Shown piece by piece: positions 25,814 to 34,335 of a DNA stretch of 40,922 nt. The translations under genes and the position numbers were made by a program. How positions within the stretch are numbered: position 1 is the stretch's first letter; the number at the start of each line of letters is the position of its first letter. The stretch comes from Gemmatimonadota bacterium (GTDB taxonomy: Bacteria > Gemmatimonadota > Gemmatimonadetes > Gemmatimonadales > GWC2-71-9), in the NCBI GenBank assembly GCA_020350425.1, contig CP070716.1, forward strand, positions 2,209,369-2,250,290, in the 5' to 3' direction. Below the pieces are notes generated by a model that made no database searches, was not told the origin of the DNA, and saw only the letters and a program-made list of their open reading frames with translations.

Positions 25814-26535
25814 CTGAGCCCCATGCGCTCGAGGTAGCGCACCACCTCGATGCACATGGCCCGCAACAGGGCGGCCTCCCGCCCGTCCATCGGGGTGCGG
25901 TGCACGACTTCCCGCACAGTGCGCATGATGCTGGCGGGGTTTCGCGTCTTGAAGAACTCGATCGCGCCCAGCGCCTCCTCCGCGTCGCGGAAGAGCAGCT
26001 CCAACTGCTCCGCCGTGGCGGGCGCGGCGCTTCGACGTGGCACCTTGAAGGGCGCCACCCCGCGCGCCAGGTACAGCTCGTAGGCCATCAGCGTGAACGC
26101 CTGCGCCAGATTGAGCGCTCCGTACTCCGGGTTGGTCGGGATCGCGATGCTGCGGTGGCAGCGGTCCAGCTCCTCGTTGGTGAGGCCGCGGTCTTCGGGC
26201 CCGAGCAGCAGCGCCGCCTGGCCTTCGTCGGCACGCGCCAGCAGCTCGGGCGCGATCTCCCGCGGTCGCTGCATGTTCCGCTTGGCGGTCCGCGCGCGGG
26301 CCGTCATGCCGGCGACGTACGTGCAGTCGGCCAGCGCCGCATCGAGGTCGTCGTAGCGCTGCACGCGCCTGAGCAGGTCGCCGGACTTGTGGGCGATGCC
26401 CTCGATGCGGCGCGCGTCATACTCCTCGGGCGCCACCAGCCGCAGGTCCCGGAGCTCGAAGTTCTTCATCGCCCGCACCACGCCCGCGATGTTCACCAGG
26501 TCCTGCGTTCGCACCAGCACGACGGCCAGCCTCAC
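25810..26535 (-). CDS. trmJ: SPOUT tRNA (C32/U32 2'-O)-methyltransferase, TrmJ/LasT family, 241 aa
   Basis: VVLVRTQDLVNIAGVVRAMKNF, LLGPEDRGLTNEEL and IPTNPEYGALNLAQA. GTG at 26535 overlaps the upstream TGA. Confidence 0.85.
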   Translation of the reverse strand: MRLAVVLVRTQDLVNIAGVVRAMKNFELRDLRLVAPEEYDARRIEGIAHKSGDLLRRVQRYDDLDAALADCTYVAGMTARARTAKRNMQRPREIAPELLARADEGQAALLLGPEDRGLTNEELDRCHRSIAIPTNPEYGALNLAQAFTLMAYELYLARGVAPFKVPRRSAAPATAEQLELLFRDAEEALGAIEFFKTRNPASIMRTVREVVHRTPMDGREAALLRAMCIEVVRYLERMGLR

Positions 26536-29294
26536 GACACCTCCGCCGTGACGGCGGTGGCCGGCGACTCGCGGTCGCCCCGCAGGTACACCCACCCCGC
26601 TCCTCCCGACAGCGCGAGTTGGCCCGCGCGGCGCTCACGCCCCGGATACATTTCGTTGATCACGAAGTTGACCGGCAGGCGGTCTCCCGCTCGGAGTGGC
26701 CGTCCCACGTCCACCGTCACGACGACGGCGTATCCCCCGGGGGTTCGCGCCCAGCGTCCCGTGCACCGAACCGCGTCGGCCGCCGTCCCCGGGACCGCAC
26801 GAATCCGCACATCGCCCGACCGCGGATCGGGCACCGCCACGTATCCCGCCCACCCCTCACCACCGAGATAACACTGCACGCCATCGGCGTGGATGTCCTC
26901 CGCCTCGTTGTCGAGACCGAGCTCCGGGGCCGAGGCATCGCGCAGCGCGAGCGGCTCCTTGGTCACATCCGCGGCAAAACACACCCTCGAATCTACGCCG
27001 AACACCGCCACGCGCGCCGCGAACGGCCCGGCCGCTCCGTAGGGGGATTCCGACCGACGGTAGTGCGGCTCCCCGAGTCGCACGACCGCGCCGCGCGGCA
27101 CCGCACGCCGCCACGCCTGGGGCGCCGGCACCTCGCGCAGCAGCGGACATGGGATGACCGGGCGCGGCGCGGCGCGCTCCGCGGGCGGAGCCGGCGGGTC
27201 GCCGCGCACCCCGGCGAGCGTGTGGGTGGTGCCGTCCGCCTCGCGCAGTCGCACGCCACCTGGCGTGAACTCGAAGCGATCGACGGCTCCGTCGCCCCGG
27301 ACGACGGTGACCACGGCTCCGTCCACCACGACCGCCATAACCGTCGCGGCGCGGAGCGCGTAGCACTGCACCCACCGGCCCGCCCCAGCCGCGCGCCGCA
27401 CCAGGAACCGCAGCGGCGCGCCATCGGCGAAGTACATGTCGGGTGGTCCGGGCGCGAGGGCCGTGAACACCGTCTCGTTCGGGCGAGGCGCGAGCCGCAG
27501 CTCGCACGCCTGCGCGGCGCCGCCGCATGCGAGGGCTCCGAGCGGCGAGTCCAGCACGCTCATTCCCTCGAGCACGTCGTACCCGTGCTCGTGACCGGCG
27601 GTGGAGCGGACCGGCAGCGGAGGTTCTTCCGTGGCACCGCTGGGCGCGTCGACGGCGAAGCCGCCGAGAGCATGAACGGGGAGATCCACCACGACGTCCG
27701 GCGGCGCGTCGACATGCACCACGTCGAGCACGTACTCCGGTCCGACCACGACGGCTCGCTCGACCGCCGTGCCCTCGCCCACCAGGCCGCGTGCCCACGC
27801 TCGACACCACGACCAGCGCTCACCCGCCACGAAGGCGCTGCACCACCCGTGGCGCGCGAGCTGGCCGACCCCGGCGCGCCCGGGCGCATTGTGCGCCAGG
27901 GCGGAGCGGTACCAGTGCAGCGAGGGCGACACGTACGATCCCGTCCCGAAGTCGGCCAGCACGTGCTCGCCGGCAAAGAGCGAGAGGTGCAGCAGATCGG
28001 GATGCCCGTGGCCCCCCGGCGCGCCACCGCACTCGAGGCTGACGTACCGGTCACCGGGCCCGCGCAGCACGGCGAGGCCGTGCCCGGCGATGAGCTTGGA
28101 GCTGGGCGCCCACGCCGCATCGTCCCTCGGCGGCTCCGGCGCCATCCAGCACAGCGCCTTCCAGCCAAGCTGCGCTCGCGAGAAGCGCTCCGGCGGCCGG
28201 TTCTGCTCCTGCTCGGCGATGGCGCTCAGGCCCGGGTCCTCACCCGGCGGCGCGTCGGCGTGGTAGATCGCTGCCAGGAGGGCCTCGAGCCGCTGGTCGC
28301 CGACGCGAGCACGCCCGACCTCCCACAGCTCCGCGAAGCGGCGCTGCACGACGCTCACGCCGAACGGCGCGTCGCCGCGCGCCGGCAGCGTCAGGTCGGG
28401 GAGCAGCGTGTCCAGGGGCGCCAGGTACATGCTCCGCAGCCTCGGCCCGACCCGTTCATCGGCGTACAAGTCGATCCCGGCGGTCTGCAGCAGCTCCCCA
28501 GCAAGGAGGAAACCGCGCAGCGCGAAGAAGTGGTAGTTCTCCCCCTCGAACCAGAGCCCCTCCGGTGAGACGCCGCGCCAGAGCTGTGCCGCGAGCCCGT
28601 GCGGGCCGGCGACCGCCCGCTCGACCAGCCGGTCGTCGCCGAGCCACGCTCCGGCCGCCACCAGCGCCGCGTTGTTCCACACCTGTCGGTTGGACCATCC
28701 CTCGTCGAACGACGCGATCAGCTGCGCAGACTCCCGCACCACATCGTCCAGCGTCCCGCGGATCCCGGCAACCAGCTCCGGGCGCGACAGCATGGCGGCG
28801 ATCAACAGCTGCGCGAGCCAGATGGACTCCAGGTACGTGGAGAAGAAGAGATGCGTGGGCCCCAGCACGTTGTCGCGGTTGGGAACGGACGGATAGACCC
28901 GGGCATAGGCCGCGAGCACCTCGCCCGCCTTGCGCTGCAACCGGTCATCGTCATCGAGCGCTCCCAACAGCGCCAGGTGAATAGCGCGCTCCGAAAGCCA
29001 CAGGTGGTAGCGCCAGACCCAGGCCTGGTCGTGACGCTCTCCCTCGTGCTCCCTGCCGCAGCGCGGGCAGCGGTGCCGCCGGGGGTGGAGCGGATGAAAA
29101 TCGAGGCGGGTCCCGTCGCTGGAACACACCCCGCCATCCCGGGTGAGGCGGGGCTTCACGGTCGGCACGGAGAGTGGACGGTCGAGCAACGGGTCCAGCA
29201 GGCTCCGTAACCTGCGAGCCAGACCCCGCAGCGTCGCGGAGCCACGAATGGCCTCGCGGCGGGCTGCGAGATCGTCAGGTGAGCGGGGCAGCAT
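26532..29294 (-). CDS. Heparinase II/III-like polysaccharide (oligo-uronide) lyase with a C-terminal CBM9/DOMON-like domain
   Basis: N-terminal C..DG...HRCPRCG, WSNRQVWNN, GLWFEGENYHFF, GGHGHPDLL, DFGTGSY and WYRSALAHN. C-terminal DGVQCY...NFVINE beta domain. No signal peptide. Confidence 0.75.
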   Translation of the reverse strand: MLPRSPDDLAARREAIRGSATLRGLARRLRSLLDPLLDRPLSVPTVKPRLTRDGGVCSSDGTRLDFHPLHPRRHRCPRCGREHEGERHDQAWVWRYHLWLSERAIHLALLGALDDDDRLQRKAGEVLAAYARVYPSVPNRDNVLGPTHLFFSTYLESIWLAQLLIAAMLSRPELVAGIRGTLDDVVRESAQLIASFDEGWSNRQVWNNAALVAAGAWLGDDRLVERAVAGPHGLAAQLWRGVSPEGLWFEGENYHFFALRGFLLAGELLQTAGIDLYADERVGPRLRSMYLAPLDTLLPDLTLPARGDAPFGVSVVQRRFAELWEVGRARVGDQRLEALLAAIYHADAPPGEDPGLSAIAEQEQNRPPERFSRAQLGWKALCWMAPEPPRDDAAWAPSSKLIAGHGLAVLRGPGDRYVSLECGGAPGGHGHPDLLHLSLFAGEHVLADFGTGSYVSPSLHWYRSALAHNAPGRAGVGQLARHGWCSAFVAGERWSWCRAWARGLVGEGTAVERAVVVGPEYVLDVVHVDAPPDVVVDLPVHALGGFAVDAPSGATEEPPLPVRSTAGHEHGYDVLEGMSVLDSPLGALACGGAAQACELRLAPRPNETVFTALAPGPPDMYFADGAPLRFLVRRAAGAGRWVQCYALRAATVMAVVVDGAVVTVVRGDGAVDRFEFTPGGVRLREADGTTHTLAGVRGDPPAPPAERAAPRPVIPCPLLREVPAPQAWRRAVPRGAVVRLGEPHYRRSESPYGAAGPFAARVAVFGVDSRVCFAADVTKEPLALRDASAPELGLDNEAEDIHADGVQCYLGGEGWAGYVAVPDPRSGDVRIRAVPGTAADAVRCTGRWARTPGGYAVVVTVDVGRPLRAGDRLPVNFVINEMYPGRERRAGQLALSGGAGWVYLRGDRESPATAVTAEVS

Positions 29295-30312
29295 CCTCCC
29301 GCTCCCACACGGCGACCCCCTCGAAGGCGAACCCGGCTGGCAGGACCTCGCCCCCGGCGGCCTCCACGGCGGCGGCCACGGCCCCGCGGCGTCCCGCCGG
29401 ACCGAGCAGCATCATGCACCCCCCCGCGCCCGCTCCCGTCGCCTTGGCACCCCAGGCACCGGCGGCCAACGCCGCCTGCTCAATGGCGCCGCTCCTCGGA
29501 GTCGCGATGGTGGGATCGAGCCGCTGCTGCTGCTTCCAATTCTCCGCCATAACGCCCGCGAGCCGGTGCCAGTCGCCCTGCTCGATCGCATCGGCCGCCG
29601 GGGCTGCGAGCGCGCGAATGCGGTGCAGCGCATCGGTCACCTCCCCGTCACCCTCGCCGTACGCCTGCCACACCCTCGCGTGTGTGGCGGACGAGAAGTG
29701 CGAGTGCCCCGTGTACACCAGCACCAGATGCCTCTCGAGCTCGCGCGCCGCCTCCTCGCTCACGGGCAGTCGCCGCGCCCGCACGCCGTCGGCCGCGAAG
29801 GACAGCTCGTGAAAACCACCGAGCGCGGCGGCGTACTGATCCTGGCGTCCACCCAGGAGCCCGAGCTCCTGTGTCTCGAGCTGGAAACCCATCTCCGCCA
29901 GCTCTTCGGCGTCGTACGGCTCCTGCCGGCACCGCGCCAGCCCCGCGAGGAGCCCGACGTCGAGCGCCCCGGAGCCACCCAAGCCCGATCCGCCCGGCGC
30001 GTCGGAGCGGGATAGCACCTCGATGCCCCCTGTCACCGGCAGCATGTTCAGGGCCGCCTTGTGGAGATCCAGCTGCCCGTCGTACGCGATGGCGCCCGAC
30101 GAGCGGAGCGTGACATGTTCCTTGAGGTCTTCCGCGTGCAGCACGATGCGCCGGGCCTGGGAGCCCTTCGCCGGCAACAGGAAATCCACATGCACGTGCA
30201 GGGTGACCGCGGCGTTGACCACGGCCCCGCCTTCCGTGTCGGCGTACACCGGCACGTCGGTCCAGCCTCCCGCGAAGTCGACACGCAGCGGAGCGCGGGT
30301 GTGCACGCTCAC
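29275..30312 (-). CDS. GHMP-family sugar kinase (HddA heptose-7-phosphate kinase / fucokinase-like), 345 aa
   Basis: RAPLRVDFAGGWTD, PGGSGLGGSG, GRQDQYAAALGG and GAKATGAGAGG. GTG at 30312 overlaps the upstream TGA. Confidence 0.85.
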   Translation of the reverse strand: MSVHTRAPLRVDFAGGWTDVPVYADTEGGAVVNAAVTLHVHVDFLLPAKGSQARRIVLHAEDLKEHVTLRSSGAIAYDGQLDLHKAALNMLPVTGGIEVLSRSDAPGGSGLGGSGALDVGLLAGLARCRQEPYDAEELAEMGFQLETQELGLLGGRQDQYAAALGGFHELSFAADGVRARRLPVSEEAARELERHLVLVYTGHSHFSSATHARVWQAYGEGDGEVTDALHRIRALAAPAADAIEQGDWHRLAGVMAENWKQQQRLDPTIATPRSGAIEQAALAAGAWGAKATGAGAGGCMMLLGPAGRRGAVAAAVEAAGGEVLPAGFAFEGVAVWEREDAAPLT

Positions 30313-31898
30313 GGTTGGCCCCCCTGCTGCCGGATGCGCCACGTCGCGATGCCGGCCAGCTCGCCTCGCAGATCGGGTGGGTCCGCCACGATCCGCCGCG
30401 CCGCGCCCTGAAGGCCGCGGGCGTGGTACAGCCAGGTGGTGGGTTGGTCGGTCGCCAGCACTCGCTGCGCCTCGCGCCACGCGTCGCCCAGCGCGGCTTC
30501 CGACTGCGCGGCTCGTACCGCGGCGGTGGCGGCGTCGAACGCCGGGCTCCGGTAGCCGGCGTAGGCCAGCGGCCCGGCAGCCGCGCCGTCGAAGAGGGCG
30601 CCCACGTACCCCAGGGAGAGATCACCGGGGATCCCCGTGACCAGGGCATCGAAGTCGCGCTCCTCACCCTGCGCGGTGGCGAGAAAGCTGGTCAGCTCGA
30701 GCTGACGGATGGTGACCTCCGCCCCCACCACCGCCAACTGTGCCTGGATCATCTGCTCCAGCGCGTTCTCCCCGCTGCCCACGGTGAGCAGGTCGAAGGC
30801 GAGCCGCCGACCGCCGCGCACACGCACCCCATCGGCGCCCTCCACCCAGCCGGTCGCCTCCAGCAGCGCGCGCGCCGCCACGGGATCATGGGGAATCGTG
30901 GCGACCGCTTCGTGCCACGGGTGCTCCGGCGGCACGGGGCCGTGCGCGACGGTCCCGTACCCGTACAGGAAGGCCCGCACGATGAGCTCCCGGTCGAGCG
31001 CCATGGTAAGGGCCCGGCGCACTTCGGCATCGGTGAACGGCTCGCGCCTGAGGTTCCACACCAGGGCGTACACCAACAGGATGGGGTAGTCGACCACCGC
31101 GAGACGGGGATCCTGCTCCACGAAGGCCGCGTGCGCCGGCGCGATTCCCGCAAAGTCGAGCTCACCCGACGTCAGGGCCGCCAGCTTCGTGGCCGGCTCG
31201 TCGACCACGGCCACGACGAACCGCTCGAGCCCGGGACGTCCCAACGCCGCCGGAAACGTCTCGCTGCGGCGGAACACCCACCGCTGACCGGGCCGGTAAT
31301 CCACGAACACGAAGGGGCCGTTGCCCACGGGTGATGCATTGAACTCCGCACGGCGAATCTCGCCCGGCTCGAGCCGCGCGAAGTGCGCCGCCGGGAGGAT
31401 CGCGAGATCGGTGAGCACGTCGGGAAAGGTAGGCTGGGGCCGATCGAACTGCACGCGAACGGTGAGGGAGTCCACCAGCGTGACCGCGCTCACCGATGCC
31501 AGATCACGTGCTCGCGGGTACGCCACGGCGGGGTGGCGGGCCATCTCTAGGGTCCAGACGACGTCCCGGGCGGTGGTCGGGGCCCCGTCGTGCCAGCGCA
31601 CGTCGGGACGCAGCTCGAAGGTGAGCGCGGTACGGTCATCGCTCCAGCGCCACCGCGCCAGCCGCGGTACGGGGTCGAGCGCCGTATCGTAGGCGGCCAA
31701 GGTCAGGAACAGCACCTGCTTCTGCACCGCCTTGGCCAGGGGATGGACCGCGACCAGCGGATTGATGGACTGCAGATCGGCACCCGACGCGTAGAATACC
31801 GCCTGCTGGCGTCCCGCCCCCCGCTCCACCGTACACGCCGCGACCACGAGCATCAGCAGGCTTGACGCCCAGGCACGCGCCGAGCGAGTGTAGCGCAT
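30309..31898 (-). CDS. ABC transporter solute-binding lipoprotein, family 5 (OppA/DppA-like), 529 aa
   Basis: Signal MRYTRSARAWASSLLMLVVAAC (lipobox), LRPDVRWHDGAPTTARDVVWT, PVGNGPF and VRRALTMALDRE. Confidence 0.88.
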   Translation of the reverse strand: MRYTRSARAWASSLLMLVVAACTVERGAGRQQAVFYASGADLQSINPLVAVHPLAKAVQKQVLFLTLAAYDTALDPVPRLARWRWSDDRTALTFELRPDVRWHDGAPTTARDVVWTLEMARHPAVAYPRARDLASVSAVTLVDSLTVRVQFDRPQPTFPDVLTDLAILPAAHFARLEPGEIRRAEFNASPVGNGPFVFVDYRPGQRWVFRRSETFPAALGRPGLERFVVAVVDEPATKLAALTSGELDFAGIAPAHAAFVEQDPRLAVVDYPILLVYALVWNLRREPFTDAEVRRALTMALDRELIVRAFLYGYGTVAHGPVPPEHPWHEAVATIPHDPVAARALLEATGWVEGADGVRVRGGRRLAFDLLTVGSGENALEQMIQAQLAVVGAEVTIRQLELTSFLATAQGEERDFDALVTGIPGDLSLGYVGALFDGAAAGPLAYAGYRSPAFDAATAAVRAAQSEAALGDAWREAQRVLATDQPTTWLYHARGLQGAARRIVADPPDLRGELAGIATWRIRQQGGQP

Positions 31899-32892
31899 GC
31901 TCGGTCGGATCGTTCGGCGTCTCGGCCTCGGGCTCGGCATCGTCTTCGTCGTCGTCACGCTCACGTTCATTCTGATTAGTCTCGCGCCCGGTGATCCCGC
32001 AAGGCTCTGGGTCGGACCGGGGGCCGGCCAGGAGGAGCTCACCGCCGCGCGGCGCGCGCTGGGACTGGACCACCCGCTCCCTCTACGTTACGCAGCCTGG
32101 CTGGCCGATTTCGCCCGCGGCCGCTGGGGCACCAGCATCGCGCAGCAGCGGCCGGTCGCCCGCGTGATCGCCGACGCCCTACCGCACACCCTCGTGCTGT
32201 CGCTGAGCTCCCTGCTGGTGACCTATCTCTTCGGCCTGCTGATCGGCGTCATCCAGGCCATGAAGCGGCGCTCGCTCCTGGATACCGGTCTCACCGTGGG
32301 CACCCTGCTGGTCTACGGCATGCCCGCCTACTGGCTCGCCATCATGCTGGTCCTGGTGTTCGCCTACGGCGCGGCTCGCTTCGACTGGCCGGTGTGGCTG
32401 CAATTCCCCGCCATGGGGGTGGCGGGTCTCGACGCCGACTTTCTCAGCCCTTGGGATAGAGTGGCCGACCGGGCACGGCACCTGGTGCTGCCCCTGGCGA
32501 CCCTCGGGGCGATCGGCGCCGCCGGAACGGCGCGGTTCGTGCGCGGCTCGGTGCTCGACGTCCGGGGCCAGGAGTTCGTGCGCACCGCGCGCGCCAAGGG
32601 ACTGCCTGCCAGCGCGGTGGAGTTGCGGCACGTGCTGCGCAACGCGCTCCTCCCCGTGGTGACGCTGCTCGGCCTCTCCCTGCCCGCCCTGTTCTCCGGC
32701 ACCGTCTTCGTGGAGGTAATCTTCGCCTGGCCCGGCATGGGCCGGGTCATGGTGGATGCGGTCGGGGCGCGCGACTACCCGATCGTCATGGCCACGACGG
32801 CGATCTTCGCCATGCTGGTCGTGCTGGGCAACCTGCTGGCCGACCTGCTCTACGCCGTGGCCGACCCTCGCCTCCGAGGCGAGACACGGTGA
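31897..32892 (+). CDS. ABC transporter permease, DppB/OppB-like
   Basis: LAPGDPA, LGLDHPLPLRY, EAA loop EFVRTARAKGL, HVLRNALLP, EVIFAWPGMG, RDYP and DLLYAVADPR. Confidence 0.93.
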   Translation: MLGRIVRRLGLGLGIVFVVVTLTFILISLAPGDPARLWVGPGAGQEELTAARRALGLDHPLPLRYAAWLADFARGRWGTSIAQQRPVARVIADALPHTLVLSLSSLLVTYLFGLLIGVIQAMKRRSLLDTGLTVGTLLVYGMPAYWLAIMLVLVFAYGAARFDWPVWLQFPAMGVAGLDADFLSPWDRVADRARHLVLPLATLGAIGAAGTARFVRGSVLDVRGQEFVRTARAKGLPASAVELRHVLRNALLPVVTLLGLSLPALFSGTVFVEVIFAWPGMGRVMVDAVGARDYPIVMATTAIFAMLVVLGNLLADLLYAVADPRLRGETR

Positions 32893-33764
32893 GCGGTCTG
32901 CGCACCCTCCTCCGCGACCGCCGCGCCGCTGCCGGGTTCCTGGTGCTCGCGTGCTGCGGGACCCTCGCGCTGCTGGCGCCGCTGGTCGCGCCGGCCGACC
33001 CCCTGGCCCAACAGGACGTCCTGGCGACGCGCTACCTGGCGCCTCTCGCCGAGAGCCCCGCCGGCGTGCGCCACTGGCTGGGCACCGACGCCTTCGGGCG
33101 CGACGTGTTGTCGCGGCTGCTGTACGGCGCGCGGATTTCTCTGGCCGTGGGGCTGCTGTCGGTCGCCGTCTCACTGTTGGTCGGAATGGCGGTCGGCGTC
33201 CTCGCCGCCGCGCTGGGCGGTGTGGCCGAGCGCACTCTCATGGCCGCGACCGATGCCGCGCTGGCGATGCCCCGGATCGTGCTGCTGCTCGCCCTGATCA
33301 CGCTCTGGGAGCCGAGCCTCGCCCTGGTCGTGCTGGTACTCGGGTTCACCGGCTGGATGCCCCTCGCCCGGCTGGCCCGCGCCGAGGTGAAGGGCGTCCT
33401 CGGCCGGCCGTTCGTCGACGCAGCCCGGGCCTCGGGGGTAGGGCGCGGCCGGCTCGTGTGGCGTCACGTTCTGCCCAACGCGACCACCTCCGTGATGGTG
33501 GCGGCGGCGCTGGGCGTGGGCAACGCGATCATGCTGGAGGCGGGACTCTCGTTCCTCGGCCTCGGCATTCCGGCGCCGGCACCCTCCTGGGGCAACATGA
33601 TCGCGAGCGGCCGGGAGGCGCTGGTGAATGCCCCCTGGATCGCCACCTTCCCCGGCCTGGCGGTGGTGGTGACGGTCATCGCCACGAGCCTGATCGCGGA
33701 TGGGGCGCGCGACATGCTCGACCCGCGCACCCGCGAGGGGGGTGGCGCGGGCGCCGTCTCGTGA
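32889..33764 (+). CDS. ABC transporter permease, DppC/OppC-like
   Basis: HWLGTDAFGRDVLSRLLYGARISL, FVDAARASG, HVLPN, EAGLSFLGLG, PSWGNMI and DGARDMLDPR. Confidence 0.93.
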   Translation: MSGLRTLLRDRRAAAGFLVLACCGTLALLAPLVAPADPLAQQDVLATRYLAPLAESPAGVRHWLGTDAFGRDVLSRLLYGARISLAVGLLSVAVSLLVGMAVGVLAAALGGVAERTLMAATDAALAMPRIVLLLALITLWEPSLALVVLVLGFTGWMPLARLARAEVKGVLGRPFVDAARASGVGRGRLVWRHVLPNATTSVMVAAALGVGNAIMLEAGLSFLGLGIPAPAPSWGNMIASGREALVNAPWIATFPGLAVVVTVIATSLIADGARDMLDPRTREGGGAGAVS

Positions 33765-33773
33765 GCGCGGTGG

Positions 33774-34280
33774 CTAGCCCTCCTCGTCCCCGAGCGGCAC
33801 GTCCGTGAGCTGGCGCTTCAGCGCCGGATGCTGCCGCATCAGGTACCATCCCATCGCGAGGGCCGCCGCCAGGCTAACGACGCCCACCTGCCACCAGGCC
33901 GATCCCGCCAGCAGCGGCTGCGCGAACAGCAGCAGCGCGGCGTAGATGTGCGCCGCCACGAAGATCAGCACGAAGAGAATCGCAAAGCGGGCCACCGGGT
34001 ACTCTTCGGCCTTCGTGACGAGCCATGAGGCGAAGACGCCCAGCGCCACGAACGCCAGCACGTGCACCATGTTGTAGGCCAGTATGGGCCCCGGCGTGAT
34101 CTCCAGCGCGGCCGGATCCTCCAGGCCATAGAACAGCACCGCGCCGAACATGGCGGGTGTGTAGAAGGGAGAGCGGCCCATGACAACATTGAGCAGCGCG
34201 AACAGCACCACCACGGTGAGGTAGCCCAGCAGGCCGGCGAACATGCCGCCCCTCAGGACGTCCTTGACCTCATCGCGCAT
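33774..34280 (-). CDS. Hypothetical 4-TM membrane protein, 168 aa
   Basis: AGGAGG RBS 5 nt before the ATG at 34280, four hydrophobic helices, and motifs GRSPFYTP, YNMVH and RQHPAL. Confidence 0.75.
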   Translation of the reverse strand: MRDEVKDVLRGGMFAGLLGYLTVVVLFALLNVVMGRSPFYTPAMFGAVLFYGLEDPAALEITPGPILAYNMVHVLAFVALGVFASWLVTKAEEYPVARFAILFVLIFVAAHIYAALLLFAQPLLAGSAWWQVGVVSLAAALAMGWYLMRQHPALKRQLTDVPLGDEEG

Positions 34281-34335
34281 GGGCACCTCCTGGCAAGAGG
34301 AACGACGGTCGCGCTAGGCGCTCGTGAAGACCGGC

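Noticed and set aside
29275-30312. GDP-heptose (hddA-gmhA-hddC) capsule pathway
   Set aside because: No isomerase, phosphatase or nucleotidyltransferase genes are adjacent, so only a family-level call is supportable.
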